64,000 bases of DNA. It comes from Elusimicrobiota bacterium. GTDB taxonomy: Bacteria; Elusimicrobiota; Elusimicrobia; UBA1565; UBA9628. The stretch spans positions 39,246-103,245 of the forward strand of contig JAHFCE010000008.1 of the NCBI GenBank assembly GCA_023249675.1, given 5' to 3'. Shown here piece by piece: positions 33,797 through 43,585 of the stretch. The position numbers and the translations under genes are program-made. Every line of letters starts with the position of its first letter. Position 1 is the stretch's first letter. The notes under the pieces are model-generated. The model was given only the letters and a program-made list of their open reading frames with translations, did not search any database and was not told the origin of the DNA.

Positions 33797-36046
33797 TTAG
33801 TCCTTGCGCAGCATGCGCGTGAGCCAGCCGACGAGGCCGCCGCGGTGCAGGGCGCAGTCGCGGCTGGGTTCGGTGCCGGCCAGGAACAGCTCGCCGTGCC
33901 TTCCGGGGCAGCCGGAGCGCGCGATCATGCCCGACTCGGGGCACACGAGGACCTCGACGACGGTTTCGGGGCGCGTGAACGGTTCGCCCGGGCGGTCGGC
34001 GGCGGCTTCCTTCATGAACGCGGCCCAGAGCGGCAAGGCGTCTTTTGCCCCGGTAAGCTTGAGGGCGCGGTTGCGGTCGTCACCGACCCAGACGCCGGCG
34101 AGAAGCGCGGACGTGTAGCCGACGAACCAGGCGTCGCGCCCGGCGTTGGTCGTGCCGGTCTTGCCCGCCGTCGGGAAGGTCACGCCGAGATTCTTGAGAT
34201 TGCGCGCGGTGCCCGACTTCGTCACGCTTTCAAGCAACGAGTTCATCAAGAACGCGGTCGCGGGGTCAAGCGAGATCGAGACCTCAGGTGCGACCACCTC
34301 GAGGGCGACGCCGTCGGAATCCACGACCGAGGTCACCAGGCGCGGCGCGGGGCGGATGCCGCCGTGAGCGAAAGGTTCGTAGGCGCTCACGAGCTCAAGG
34401 AGGCCGACCTCGGAGGCGCCGAGCGCTAAGCCCAGGTCGTCGCGCAGGGGGCTCGTGAGGCCGCAGTTCCGGGCCGTTTCCTGGATGCGCTTGAGGCCGA
34501 CGCGCTCCGTCAAGTCGAGCGTCGCCGCGTTGAGCGAACGGGTCAGGGCCTGACGCAAGGTCGTGGTGCCGAAGTAGACGCCCTCGTAATTGGAGGGCGA
34601 CCAGCCTTTGCCGCTTCCGGGCCAGGTCTTCGGCTTGTCGCGCAGGATCGTTGCGGGCGTGAGGCCCATTTGGAGCGCGGCGGCGTACACGAACGGCTTG
34701 AACGCGGAGCCGGGCTGGCGCAGGGCTTGTGTCGCGCGGTTGAACTGGCTTTCGCTGAAGCTGCGTCCGCCCGTGAGTGCCAGCACCGAGCCGTCGCGCG
34801 GGTCGATGACCGCGAGTGCCGCCTGATGCTTCGACGCCCCGAGCGTTTTGCGCGCGAGGTGCTGTAGGAGCGGGTCCATCGCGGTGTGGATCGAGAGGCC
34901 GTAGCGGTACAGTTCGTTGCCGCCGTAGCGCGGCAGGAGTTGGCGCACGACCTCGGCGGCGTAGTAGGCGGAGTCGCGCCGGTCTTCGGGGGCGGCGCCG
35001 CGCGCCGGCTCAAGCGCTGTGCCGAGCGCCGCGTCAAGCTCGGACGGGGAGATCATGCCCTCCTCGCGCATGCGGCGCAGGATGTGGTCGCGCCGCGCCC
35101 TCGCCGCCGCGGGGTCGCGGAAGGGGTTGTAGACGCCGGGGCCGCGGATGACGCCCGCGATCAGAGCCGACTCGGGCAAGGTGAGATCGGAGACTTCTTT
35201 CGAAAAATAGTGGCGCGCGGCCGAACGCACGCCCATGATGCTTGCGGGACCGTCCTGGCCGAGATAGATGTGGTTGAGGTAGAGCGTGAGGATGCGCTTC
35301 TTGTCGAGGCGGAGCTCGAGGTACACCGCCAAAGCGGCCTCGGCCAGCTTGCGCCCGAGCGTGCGGTGCGGAGACAGGAAGAGATTCTTCGAGAGCTGCT
35401 GGGTGATCGTGCTGGCTCCCTGCAGCTCGCGGCGGCGCAGGTTGGAGGACGCCGCGCGCGCCATCGCGCGCGGATCGAGGCCGTGATGACTCCAGTAGCG
35501 CTTGTCTTCGGCGGCGACGACCGCGTCCTTGAGCGAGGGGGGAATCTGCTCCCAGGAGGCGGGCTCGCGCCGTTCGGCCCGCTCGCCTGCGAGTTCGGCG
35601 ACGAGCTCGGGCTCGAGGCGGATTTCGGGGACCGCCCCGCCGAGGTCGTCGAGGATGTTCCAGGATCCCGCGTCGGAGCGGCGCAGGAAGAAGAGGCCTT
35701 CGCCTTGCTCGGAGCCGGGGATGCGGTGGCCGTGCAGAGAGACGGCGAGTTCAGGCGGCGTCCAGCGGTACTCGCCCTTGGCCGGCGCCTGCGACGTGCG
35801 GCGGTAGCCGAGGCGGTCGAGGCGCTCGATGAGGCGCTGCGCCTCGCCCCGCGCGCCGTCCCTGACCGGAAACGGCGCCGCCCAAATGCGCGTCGAGAAG
35901 CTCACGCCCAGGCCGCCGAGCACGAGAGTGGAGAGCTTGCGCTCGGCTTGGAGCGCGAGCCACAGCGACGCGAGGGCCGTCCCGGCGAGGAGAGCCGCCG
36001 CCGCCCAGAGCCAGGCGGAACCGGAGCGCCGTCGCCGTCGAGTCAT
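33797..36046 (-). CDS. mrcA: Bifunctional class A penicillin-binding protein (PBP1 transglycosylase/transpeptidase)
   Basis: GT51 motifs (EDKRYWSHHG, ITQQLSKNLFL). Transpeptidase motifs SAFKPFVY, SLN, KTGTT. Confidence 0.85.
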   Translation of the reverse strand: MTRRRRRSGSAWLWAAAALLAGTALASLWLALQAERKLSTLVLGGLGVSFSTRIWAAPFPVRDGARGEAQRLIERLDRLGYRRTSQAPAKGEYRWTPPELAVSLHGHRIPGSEQGEGLFFLRRSDAGSWNILDDLGGAVPEIRLEPELVAELAGERAERREPASWEQIPPSLKDAVVAAEDKRYWSHHGLDPRAMARAASSNLRRRELQGASTITQQLSKNLFLSPHRTLGRKLAEAALAVYLELRLDKKRILTLYLNHIYLGQDGPASIMGVRSAARHYFSKEVSDLTLPESALIAGVIRGPGVYNPFRDPAAARARRDHILRRMREEGMISPSELDAALGTALEPARGAAPEDRRDSAYYAAEVVRQLLPRYGGNELYRYGLSIHTAMDPLLQHLARKTLGASKHQAALAVIDPRDGSVLALTGGRSFSESQFNRATQALRQPGSAFKPFVYAAALQMGLTPATILRDKPKTWPGSGKGWSPSNYEGVYFGTTTLRQALTRSLNAATLDLTERVGLKRIQETARNCGLTSPLRDDLGLALGASEVGLLELVSAYEPFAHGGIRPAPRLVTSVVDSDGVALEVVAPEVSISLDPATAFLMNSLLESVTKSGTARNLKNLGVTFPTAGKTGTTNAGRDAWFVGYTSALLAGVWVGDDRNRALKLTGAKDALPLWAAFMKEAAADRPGEPFTRPETVVEVLVCPESGMIARSGCPGRHGELFLAGTEPSRDCALHRGGLVGWLTRMLRKD

Positions 36047-36050
36047 CGGA

Positions 36051-36977
36051 TTAGAAGCGCACGCCGAAACCGACGTGATGGGTCTGACCCAAAGCGCGTT
36101 TGTCGGCCATCGCGTAGTCGAGCGTGAAGCGGCCCTCGCGCATGCCGACGCCGAGAGTCAGGCGTGCGTAATCGGAGTTGAGGCGCCAGCCGGCGCGCAG
36201 GGCGATCGAGGTTTCGGCGCCGAAGTCCATCGCGAGCTCGGAGCCGAGCGCGCCGATGACGGCCTCGTCGATGGTCTTCATCGCCTCCGCCGAGGCGAGA
36301 AAGCGCGTGACGGTGAGATACGACTCGACCTCTTTGGCCTCAGCGCTCTTCCAAGACCAAGATGCGCCGCCGCTCGTCGTGAGGGGTAGGGGATCGCTGT
36401 CCTGTTCGAACTTCACGCCGGGCCCGAGGTTCTGCACGGCCGCGCCGAGGCTCAGTCCGGAGACCGGGGTCCGCCATTGGGCGCCGGCGTCGCCGGCGAA
36501 GCCCGCGGCCCGCGCTTCCTGCGCGAGTTCGAAGCGGTAGTACTTGCCTGTCGCGCCGAGGGCGAGGCCGCCGGGCAGCGCCAGGCCCCAGGCCAGGTGT
36601 CCGACGAAGTCGAGCTGGGCGGTCCGCGTTTCGGTCCTGCCTCCGGTGAAATGCAGGTCCACCTTGCCCGCGTCGTAGTACGACAGGCCCGCGGCCGCCG
36701 TTCCCAGGGGCAGGGGCTGAGCCCAGCCCAGGAAGCCGAAGGAGTCGTCGAGCACGCCGCTCGTGAAGGTCGTGTCCAGCTGGGGACGGCGCGCGGCCGC
36801 GAGTCCCGCGGGATTGGTGCTCAAAGAGGAAAGTCCGCCGGACACGGCCGCGTAGGCGTCGGCCATCGCGGCCGAGCGCGCGGAGAGCGAGCGGCGCAAG
36901 GTGGGCGAGCCGGCCGCTCCCGCCGGCGCGGCGAGGGCGAGCGTCAGGCCGACCGCGAGGAGGGGGCGGTGATTCAT
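36051..36977 (-). CDS. PorV/PorQ-like (UPF0164-like) outer-membrane beta-barrel protein
   Basis: Signal peptide, N-terminal motif ARSAAMADAYAAVSGGLSSLSTNPAGLA, beta-barrel periodicity, C-terminal aromatic. Confidence 0.45.
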   Translation of the reverse strand: MNHRPLLAVGLTLALAAPAGAAGSPTLRRSLSARSAAMADAYAAVSGGLSSLSTNPAGLAAARRPQLDTTFTSGVLDDSFGFLGWAQPLPLGTAAAGLSYYDAGKVDLHFTGGRTETRTAQLDFVGHLAWGLALPGGLALGATGKYYRFELAQEARAAGFAGDAGAQWRTPVSGLSLGAAVQNLGPGVKFEQDSDPLPLTTSGGASWSWKSAEAKEVESYLTVTRFLASAEAMKTIDEAVIGALGSELAMDFGAETSIALRAGWRLNSDYARLTLGVGMREGRFTLDYAMADKRALGQTHHVGFGVRF

Positions 36978-38458
36978 CGGATCACGATGATCTTGCTCTT
37001 GACCGAGATCTTCGGCCCGCTCACGGCGACGAAGTAGAGTCCGCTCGGGACCACGGCGCCGGATGCGTTCCTGCCGTTCCAGTTAAAGCCGAAAGAACCC
37101 TCGGCGTGCTCGTCGTCGAACAAGGTTCGGATTGGGTGGCCTGCGGAGTCGTACACGCGCACCGAGACGCGGCCCGCGGTGAAGGTGGTCAGGTCGATGA
37201 TCGTGGATCCGCCGCTGCGCGGGCGCAGGAGATTGTCGGTCAGCGCCACCTCGCCCGGCGCGAAGTCAAGAGTCAACGCCGAGACCAAGGTGGTCGACGC
37301 GCCGTCGGCGTTGGTCACGGTCAGGTCCCAGCTTCCGAGCGCCTGGCCCTGCGTGGCGAAGGTCGCGGTGATGTTTTGGTCGTCGGTCCGGTTGACGTTT
37401 GTGCCGACGATCGTGACGCCGCTGTTCGAGATCGACGCCGTGGGTGCGGCCGAGAAGATCTCGCCGGCGATGGCCAGCGGGATCGCGCTTGCGCTGCGGT
37501 ACACCGTGGGCGGGGTCATGGAGATGGGAGCGGGCGCTCCGGTCAGCGCCGAGCGGATGTCGCCGGTCGAGTTGGACGCCTCGTAGTAGGAATAATACAG
37601 CCGCCAGCGAAAGGAGTCGGTGGATCGGACGGGGACGGGAAAGGACAGCGCGCCCGTGACGGCGGGAGTCGAGATCCGCGCACCGGTCTCCAGCGTGAAG
37701 GAGGAGCCCAGGGCGTCGCTCGACAAAGCGCTCATGATCACGGTGGCGCTTGACCCGGCGCTTGGCGGTTGGGAATAGAAAAGACGGATCTTGCCGTCGG
37801 TCAGTTTGGCGGCGCCGGATTCGTAGGCGGTCGTGGACAGGACGACCGAGGAGGCGCCCCAGGTGGCGCCCTGGTCGGTCGAGCGAGCGCTGAAGATCTG
37901 CCGGTCCGGGAGATCATTTCCCCCGTTGGAGTCGCGCGTGTAATACATCCGCCAGTCCCCGGAGTTGAGGACGACGAGGCGCGGCACGCCGACATAGGTG
38001 GCCGTCGCCCCGTCGACGGCGATGGCCGCTTGGTTCGCCCAGGCCAGTCCGTCGGCCGAAGTGGCGCTGTGGATGCGGAAAGCGCCGGTCGTCGAGACGA
38101 TCGAATACAGCATCCGGAAGCCGCCGCCGACGAGCGGTTGAAGCGCGCAGCCCGTGATCGAGCTGGCTGACACCGAGGGCACCGTGTTTGTGGCCACGCG
38201 CACGCCCGTTTCCTTGGTCCAGGTGATGCCATCGGCCGACGTCGCCGAGAGGATCGCCGTGCCGGAGCTCGCGTGCGGCGCGCCGCTCGAGATCGCGGGG
38301 AGATAGTACATGCGTTGGGGGTAGGCCACGCCGACGGTGACTTCCGCGAACGCCTGGGCGGTCGCCGAGGACAGGACGATCGCGCCCTCCTTGCTGAACG
38401 TCGGGATCGCGCGCGCCGGAACGGCGAGGGTCCACAGCAAGGCGAAAACCCCAGCCAT
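36974..38458 (-). CDS. Secreted BNR/sialidase-like repeat protein with T9SS C-terminal sorting domain (CTD)
   Basis: Signal peptide starting MAGVFALLWTLAVPARA. BNR-like motifs (DQGATWG, GDWRMYYTRDS). C-terminus VSVRVYDSAGHPIRTL...NWNGRNASGAVVPSGLYFVAVSG...KIIVIR matches the Por secretion tail. Confidence 0.55.
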   Translation of the reverse strand: MAGVFALLWTLAVPARAIPTFSKEGAIVLSSATAQAFAEVTVGVAYPQRMYYLPAISSGAPHASSGTAILSATSADGITWTKETGVRVATNTVPSVSASSITGCALQPLVGGGFRMLYSIVSTTGAFRIHSATSADGLAWANQAAIAVDGATATYVGVPRLVVLNSGDWRMYYTRDSNGGNDLPDRQIFSARSTDQGATWGASSVVLSTTAYESGAAKLTDGKIRLFYSQPPSAGSSATVIMSALSSDALGSSFTLETGARISTPAVTGALSFPVPVRSTDSFRWRLYYSYYEASNSTGDIRSALTGAPAPISMTPPTVYRSASAIPLAIAGEIFSAAPTASISNSGVTIVGTNVNRTDDQNITATFATQGQALGSWDLTVTNADGASTTLVSALTLDFAPGEVALTDNLLRPRSGGSTIIDLTTFTAGRVSVRVYDSAGHPIRTLFDDEHAEGSFGFNWNGRNASGAVVPSGLYFVAVSGPKISVKSKIIVIR

Positions 38459-38731
38459 GCGGCGCAGGCCGCGCACGGCCTTCTTCAAGAGGGCGATCTT
38501 CTCGTCGCGTTTGAGCGATTTGATGCGGGCTTCCTCAATAAGGGCGGCGGAGCGGGTCATCCCTTTCTTATGGTAGACAAGGCCGACTGGCCGCCGGCTG
38601 CGCGTGTACGCCGCCCCTTTTCCTGAGTTGTGGGCGACAATGCGCGCGTCCACGTTCTTGGCGATGCCGGCGTACAGGCTCTCATCGGCGCAACGCACGA
38701 GATACACGGACCATTCTTTCGGCGGCTTCAC
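38459..38731 (-). other. GIY-YIG (UPF0213-like) coding segment fused in frame upstream of the signal peptide of the T9SS cargo
   Basis: WSVYLVRCADESLYAGIAKNVDARIVAHNSGKGAAYTRS... No stop codon before the downstream signal peptide. A fusion artefact or a lost stop is suspected. Confidence 0.4.
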
Positions 38732-38787
38732 GGGCTCAATCGTAGCAGTCCTGTGGGCCCCCGTCCAGAAAAGCCTATAATTGCGGC

Positions 38788-39060
38788 ATGGATATCCGCG
38801 TTTTCGCGACGACTTTCGTGACTTTGTTCCTCGCCGAGATGGGTGACAAAACCCAACTCGCCGCGGTCAACCTCTCTGCCTCGACGAAGCAGCCGCTGTC
38901 GGTGTTTCTCGGCGGCACTGCGGCGCTGGCCGCCGTCACCGGCCTCGGGGTGCTCTTTGGCGAGGGGCTCATGCGCGTGATCCCCGAGGTTTACATCCGT
39001 CGCGGAGCAGCCGCGCTTTTCGTCGGGATCGGCGTCTTTATGTGGTTCAAGCGCGACTAA
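38788..39060 (+). CDS. UPF0016 (GDT1/TMEM165) family half-size membrane protein
   Basis: E-x-G-D-K-T motif (LAEMGDKTQL). Three TM helices, 90 aa. Confidence 0.65.
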   Translation: MDIRVFATTFVTLFLAEMGDKTQLAAVNLSASTKQPLSVFLGGTAALAAVTGLGVLFGEGLMRVIPEVYIRRGAAALFVGIGVFMWFKRD

Positions 39061-39264
39061 CGGCCGGGCGGTTCGAGTCGTTGCCACCCGGTCCCCAGGC
39101 CCAGACGGCGGCCAAGACTCCCAGGGCCCAGATGCCTACGACTCCGAGGACCATGAGGGGTACGAGACGCAAAATGCTTTCCCGTACATTTTCAGTGTTG
39201 TTGACGAAAATATACCGCACGACATTGAGCTGCTCGGCGGTTCTACTTGGGTCCTATGGCGGTC

Positions 39265-40224
39265 TCAGGGCCTTGACTCGGAGGCCGCGCCGATCGACTG
39301 CATCAGCGACGCGAACGTCGGTCCCAGTTCGGCCACGCGGTCGCGGTGCTGGATGCCCGGCAGCTTATCGGCGACCGAGCTGATTTTGGTCACGTCCTCG
39401 CCCCGGCAGGCGTCGGCCGCGCAGACGTTGGAGACGCGGCACGCGCCGCGGTACACATAGTCATTCTCACCGCGGACGAGGATGCCCTCGATGAGGCCGG
39501 ACCGGGCGTTGAACACCGCCGAGCCGGAGTTTCCGCCGTACGTGTCAAGGTTGGTGACGAAGTATCCCTCCTGCGACGCGTCGCGCACCTCGGCGCCGCC
39601 GGCGATTTTCGTCGGCAGGCCCGCGGGATGGCCGATCACGAGGATCGGGGTCTTGCTCTCGATGACGCCTGTCAAATTGAGCTTGAGCGGCGCGTGCCCG
39701 GCCACCGGATGGTCGAGCTGGATCAGCGCCCAGTCGGCGCCGTTATCGACCTGTTCGCGGCCGAGAAGCTTCTTGCAGCCGTACACCTCCTTTGTCGGGG
39801 CCGTGAGCGGCATCTTGTCCTTCTCTTTCACTGAGAAGCCGAACACGAACTTCGTGTCCGCGCAGGAGGAGTCGGAGGTGACGCAGTGGCCGGCCGTCAT
39901 GATGATGTCGGGCGCGACCAAGGAGCCGGAGCAGAAGGCGGCGGTGACCTGGTCGTAGAAGGGCTCGTCCTTGCAGAGTCCGTTGCCGGGGCCGTAGGGT
40001 TCGGTGGCGAGCTTGGCGATGTCGCCCTCGGCCTTGACCGCTGAGGCCTCCATCAGCGCGACGGTTGAATCCGCGAGCGCGCGGAGTTTCGCGTTCTCGG
40101 TCTGGTATAGATCGATGCGGCCGTCCGAGCCGTAAATCACCTGCCCGTCGACTTGCGCTACGGCCGGAACGGCCAGGCTCAGGGCGGCCGCGAGCGCTGC
40201 TGCCGACATGGTGGTTGTCTTCAT
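39265..40224 (-). CDS. Secreted trypsin-like (S1) serine protease
   Basis: Signal peptide. His motif TAGHC and Ser motif GNSGSAVF. Start at MKTTTMSAA. Confidence 0.7.
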   Translation of the reverse strand: MKTTTMSAAALAAALSLAVPAVAQVDGQVIYGSDGRIDLYQTENAKLRALADSTVALMEASAVKAEGDIAKLATEPYGPGNGLCKDEPFYDQVTAAFCSGSLVAPDIIMTAGHCVTSDSSCADTKFVFGFSVKEKDKMPLTAPTKEVYGCKKLLGREQVDNGADWALIQLDHPVAGHAPLKLNLTGVIESKTPILVIGHPAGLPTKIAGGAEVRDASQEGYFVTNLDTYGGNSGSAVFNARSGLIEGILVRGENDYVYRGACRVSNVCAADACRGEDVTKISSVADKLPGIQHRDRVAELGPTFASLMQSIGAASESRP

Positions 40225-40309
40225 TGGTCTCTCCTTTCCCTCAAGCCTCGATAATCCGATTTCAGCAAAGGGCGGCGGCGGAGTCAAGGAAAAAGGACTT
40301 AAGACCTAT

Positions 40310-43300
40310 TTATTGAATAGGCCCATTGAGCGCTGGGCGCAGGGTCGCTTCGTCGCCGACGACGATCGTGACCATCTTCGCGGGGTCGAGGTATCGTTGC
40401 GCGGCCCGGCGGATATCCTCGGGCGTGAGCGCGTTGAGGCGCTCAAGATACGACGCCATTTCGAGCTCGGCGGACTGCCTGTTGCGCTCGTAGCCGGCGA
40501 GCGCTGCGGCTTGGGAGTCGATCGAGGAGAGCTTGAGGAGGAAGAGGCCCGCGAGGTAGCGTTTGACCGCGCCGAGAGTCTGCTCGGTCACGAGGCCCTC
40601 GCGCAGGGCCGCGATTTCCTTTTTCATCTCGGCCAGCGCGGGTGCTGCGACTTCGTTGCGGACCTCGGCCGATGCGGTCCACAGCAGGCCTTTCTCCATA
40701 ATCTGCGGGTGCGAGTACGCGCCGTAGGTGTAGCCTTTTTCGACGCGGAGGTTGAGGAACAGACGCGAGGTGGCCGAGCCGCCGAGAATCTGGTTCATAA
40801 CGAAGAAGGCCAGGTAGTCGGGGTCGGTCGGCGCAAGCTCGATTGCCTGCGAGATCGTGAGGTTCGCCTGCCGAGAGTCGGGGCGATCCACGAGCAGTTG
40901 GCGCGCTTGCCCATGTTGGGCAAGCGCGGGAATCTCGGTTTTGGAGGCGTCCCCGGTCCAGCCGGCGAAGGCGGCCTCCAATTCCGCGCGAAGCGCAACG
41001 GGATCGGCGTCGCCGGCGAGCACGAGAGTGGCGCCACGGGCGGCGAGGGCTCGGCGCGCGAACGCGAGCGTCTGTTCGCGCGTGATGGCTTGAATCTGCT
41101 CGTCGCTGAGCGCGGGCTTGCCGTATGGATGCGCGCCGAACAACTCGGCCTTGATGCGCTCAGAGGCCATGAAGTCGGGCTTGAAGCGCTGGGTCTTCAT
41201 CTCCTCGAGCTTGTTCTCTCTCCAGAGGGCGACCTCGTCCTCGGGAAAGGTCGGCCGGGAAAGCACGAGTGCGAGTTCTTTAAAGAAGGACGCGGCGTTG
41301 CGCGACAGGCCCGCGGCCTCGATGGCGAGGCTCTCGAGTCCGCGACCGATCTTGAGCTTCCAGCCGAGGCCGGAGAACGCGGCGGATAGCGCGCGCGCGT
41401 CGCGTCCTTCGGCGCCTTGAAGCAGGAGTTCCGAGACGGCGGCGGACAGGCCGTCCTCGCCGGGACCTTCCGAGGTTCTTCCAGAGGGGATCGAGAGGCG
41501 TGCCTCAAGCAGCGGCAGGCGCGCGTCGCGCACGAACACGACCTTCAGGCCGTTGGCAAGCGTGAAGCGTTCGAGGCGCGGGATCTGGGCCGGGCGCTGG
41601 GCGTCGATCTCGGGGCGCGGGTCGCCCTCGGGCCGCGGCTTCGGATCGGGGATTGGGGGTGTGGCGATATCAGGAGCTAACGCCAGTCCGGGCGTCGGCC
41701 GGGCCTCGAGGACGGCGCGAGGCTTGCTCATGATCCACTCGTTGACCGCGCGCTGCACGTCCGTCACCGTAATGGACATGAGCGCTTCAAAGTCGCGCGC
41801 AAGGTTCGCTGGGTCGCCGACGAGGGCCGCGTAGGAGCTGAGCGTCTTGGCGCGGTCGATGAGCTGCTCGAGGTCCTTGGTCCAGGAGAGCTCGATGCGG
41901 GCCTTGGCCGCGGCGAGGCGCTCGGGCGTCGTGTCGCCCCACACGAACTGGGACATGACGACGTCCACGAGCTCGAGCGCGGCGCCCGCGGCGACACCGG
42001 GCTTGAGCGGCATCATGAGCCCGAACAGATCGGGCCCGCCGGGGTTGAACGGCCCGCTCCACCATGGGAAATTGCTGTCCACGCCGAGCGCGAGCTTGGA
42101 CTGCTTGACCAGGGTCTGATACAGCGGGCTGTCCTCGCCGGCTCCCAGAATCTCACCGAGCACGGTCAGTGCCCAGTAGTCCTTGGTGCCGCGCTCGGGC
42201 GCGCGCCAGGCGGCCATGAGCAGGGGGACCTGTGCGAATTTGTCCTCGACCACGCGGCGGGTCTCGCCGGCCATGGGCGGCTCGGAGAGATCGGGCGCCG
42301 GTGCGATCACGTGAGGCTGCAGCGGCCCGAAGAAGCGCTCGGCGAGCTGCCGGGCCTCGGCCTCGTCCACGTCGCCGGCCAAAGCGAGCACCGCGTTGTT
42401 TGGCGCGTAGTGCGCCTGGTAGAACGCGCGCACGTCTTCGAGCCGGGCGTTGCGGATGTCCTCCATCTCGCCGATCGTCGTGTGCCGGTTCTCCCATTTG
42501 GAGAAGGCGGCCTCGGCCATGCCCGCGTCGCGCGCTTTGGCGTAGGGTGCATTCGTGTGGCGCAGGCGCATCTCCTCGAGCACGACCTGCTGTTCGAGCG
42601 CGAGCGCCCTCTCGTCCACGTTCAAGGTGCTCATGCGTTCGGCCTCGGCCCAGAGCACTGTTTTCAGCGCGCTTTTCGGAACGACCGAGTGGTAGGTCGT
42701 GTTGGTGCGCATGGTGTACGCGTTGCGCACGCCGCCGTTGGACTCGATGAGCTGGGAAATCTCGCGCGGTTTGAGGCTTTTCGTGCCCTGCGCCATCAGG
42801 TGCTCGAAGAGATGGGCGAAGCCGGAGAGACCTTGGGTCTCATGCTGAGACCCGACCTTATAAGTGACGGAGACGGCGACGACGGGACTCGTCTTGTCCG
42901 TGTGCACGACGACGGTGAGGCCATTGGCGAGATGGAAGGTCCTCACCGGCAAGGAGAGGCGGGGCGCGGCGGCCGATGGTTCCGGCGCGAGCACGGGGGG
43001 CGCGTCATCCCTCGCCGGCTTCTTTGCGGCTTGACCATCGAACGTCTCGCTCGGGCGCTCCGGCTGGCTGGGTGCCGCGGCTGCGGACAGCAGCACGGGG
43101 AGCGCTCGCGCGGCGGCCGGTGCGGGGACGGGGGAAGGATTGACGAGAGCGGGAGAAAGAGACAACAACGATGGAACGGCGACGGAGGGGGCGCTCCAGG
43201 GGAGACCGGAATTCTGAGCGGGGAGACCGACGGCAGGGATCAACGACGTTTGACCGGCACGCGCGGCCACGACCTGCGCCCGAGCCAACGGCTGGAGAGC

Positions 43301-43336
43301 CAAAATCAGAACGAGGCAGGCGCTGAGGATCTTCAT
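40310..43336 (-). CDS. Secreted tandem M16 (pitrilysin/insulinase-like) zinc peptidase
   Basis: Inverted zinc motif HLFEHLMAQGT in the first unit, degenerate second M16 unit. Start reset to MKILSACLV, because the longer ORF runs through tRNA-Cys. Confidence 0.75.
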   Translation of the reverse strand: MKILSACLVLILALQPLARAQVVAARAGQTSLIPAVGLPAQNSGLPWSAPSVAVPSLLSLSPALVNPSPVPAPAAARALPVLLSAAAAPSQPERPSETFDGQAAKKPARDDAPPVLAPEPSAAAPRLSLPVRTFHLANGLTVVVHTDKTSPVVAVSVTYKVGSQHETQGLSGFAHLFEHLMAQGTKSLKPREISQLIESNGGVRNAYTMRTNTTYHSVVPKSALKTVLWAEAERMSTLNVDERALALEQQVVLEEMRLRHTNAPYAKARDAGMAEAAFSKWENRHTTIGEMEDIRNARLEDVRAFYQAHYAPNNAVLALAGDVDEAEARQLAERFFGPLQPHVIAPAPDLSEPPMAGETRRVVEDKFAQVPLLMAAWRAPERGTKDYWALTVLGEILGAGEDSPLYQTLVKQSKLALGVDSNFPWWSGPFNPGGPDLFGLMMPLKPGVAAGAALELVDVVMSQFVWGDTTPERLAAAKARIELSWTKDLEQLIDRAKTLSSYAALVGDPANLARDFEALMSITVTDVQRAVNEWIMSKPRAVLEARPTPGLALAPDIATPPIPDPKPRPEGDPRPEIDAQRPAQIPRLERFTLANGLKVVFVRDARLPLLEARLSIPSGRTSEGPGEDGLSAAVSELLLQGAEGRDARALSAAFSGLGWKLKIGRGLESLAIEAAGLSRNAASFFKELALVLSRPTFPEDEVALWRENKLEEMKTQRFKPDFMASERIKAELFGAHPYGKPALSDEQIQAITREQTLAFARRALAARGATLVLAGDADPVALRAELEAAFAGWTGDASKTEIPALAQHGQARQLLVDRPDSRQANLTISQAIELAPTDPDYLAFFVMNQILGGSATSRLFLNLRVEKGYTYGAYSHPQIMEKGLLWTASAEVRNEVAAPALAEMKKEIAALREGLVTEQTLGAVKRYLAGLFLLKLSSIDSQAAALAGYERNRQSAELEMASYLERLNALTPEDIRRAAQRYLDPAKMVTIVVGDEATLRPALNGPIQ

Positions 43337-43427
43337 GTCGGAAGATTTTAGCCTGGTCCCCGGGTGCTTCGTGTGGGACCGATGGCCCAGAGAGCGCGCG
43401 GAAATGGGCCTATGCCAAAGACAAAAG

Positions 43428-43504
43428 TGGAGGTGCGAGCGGGATTCGAACCCGCGAATAATGGTTTTGCAGACCATCCCCTTGGACCGCTTGGGTATCG
43501 CACC
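43428..43504 (-). tRNA. tRNA-Cys(GCA)
   Basis: 77 nt. Acceptor GGTGCGA/TCGCACC, anticodon loop CTGCAAA, T-loop GGGTTCGAATCCC, CCA encoded. Confidence 0.85.
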
Positions 43505-43585
43505 GAAATGAGCCTTCCCAACGGGAATTCTACTAATTTTTTGGCTGCCCATCCCGGATCGCGCCATGATCCCGCCGCCGCGCCG

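Noticed and set aside
34886-36127. 413-aa ORF antisense to PBP1
   Set aside because: PBP1 motifs (SAFK, KTGT, GT51) are on the minus strand. The antisense frame is low-complexity.
40208-41389. 393-aa and 346-aa plus-strand ORFs (also 42311-43351) overlapping the M16 peptidase
   Set aside because: Antisense to a gene carrying the HxxEH zinc motif. Composition is Gly/Arg/Glu-rich.
40310-43567. Extended 5' end of the M16 peptidase ORF (through 43567)
   Set aside because: It would run through tRNA-Cys (43428-43504). The start was reset to the signal-peptide Met at 43336.
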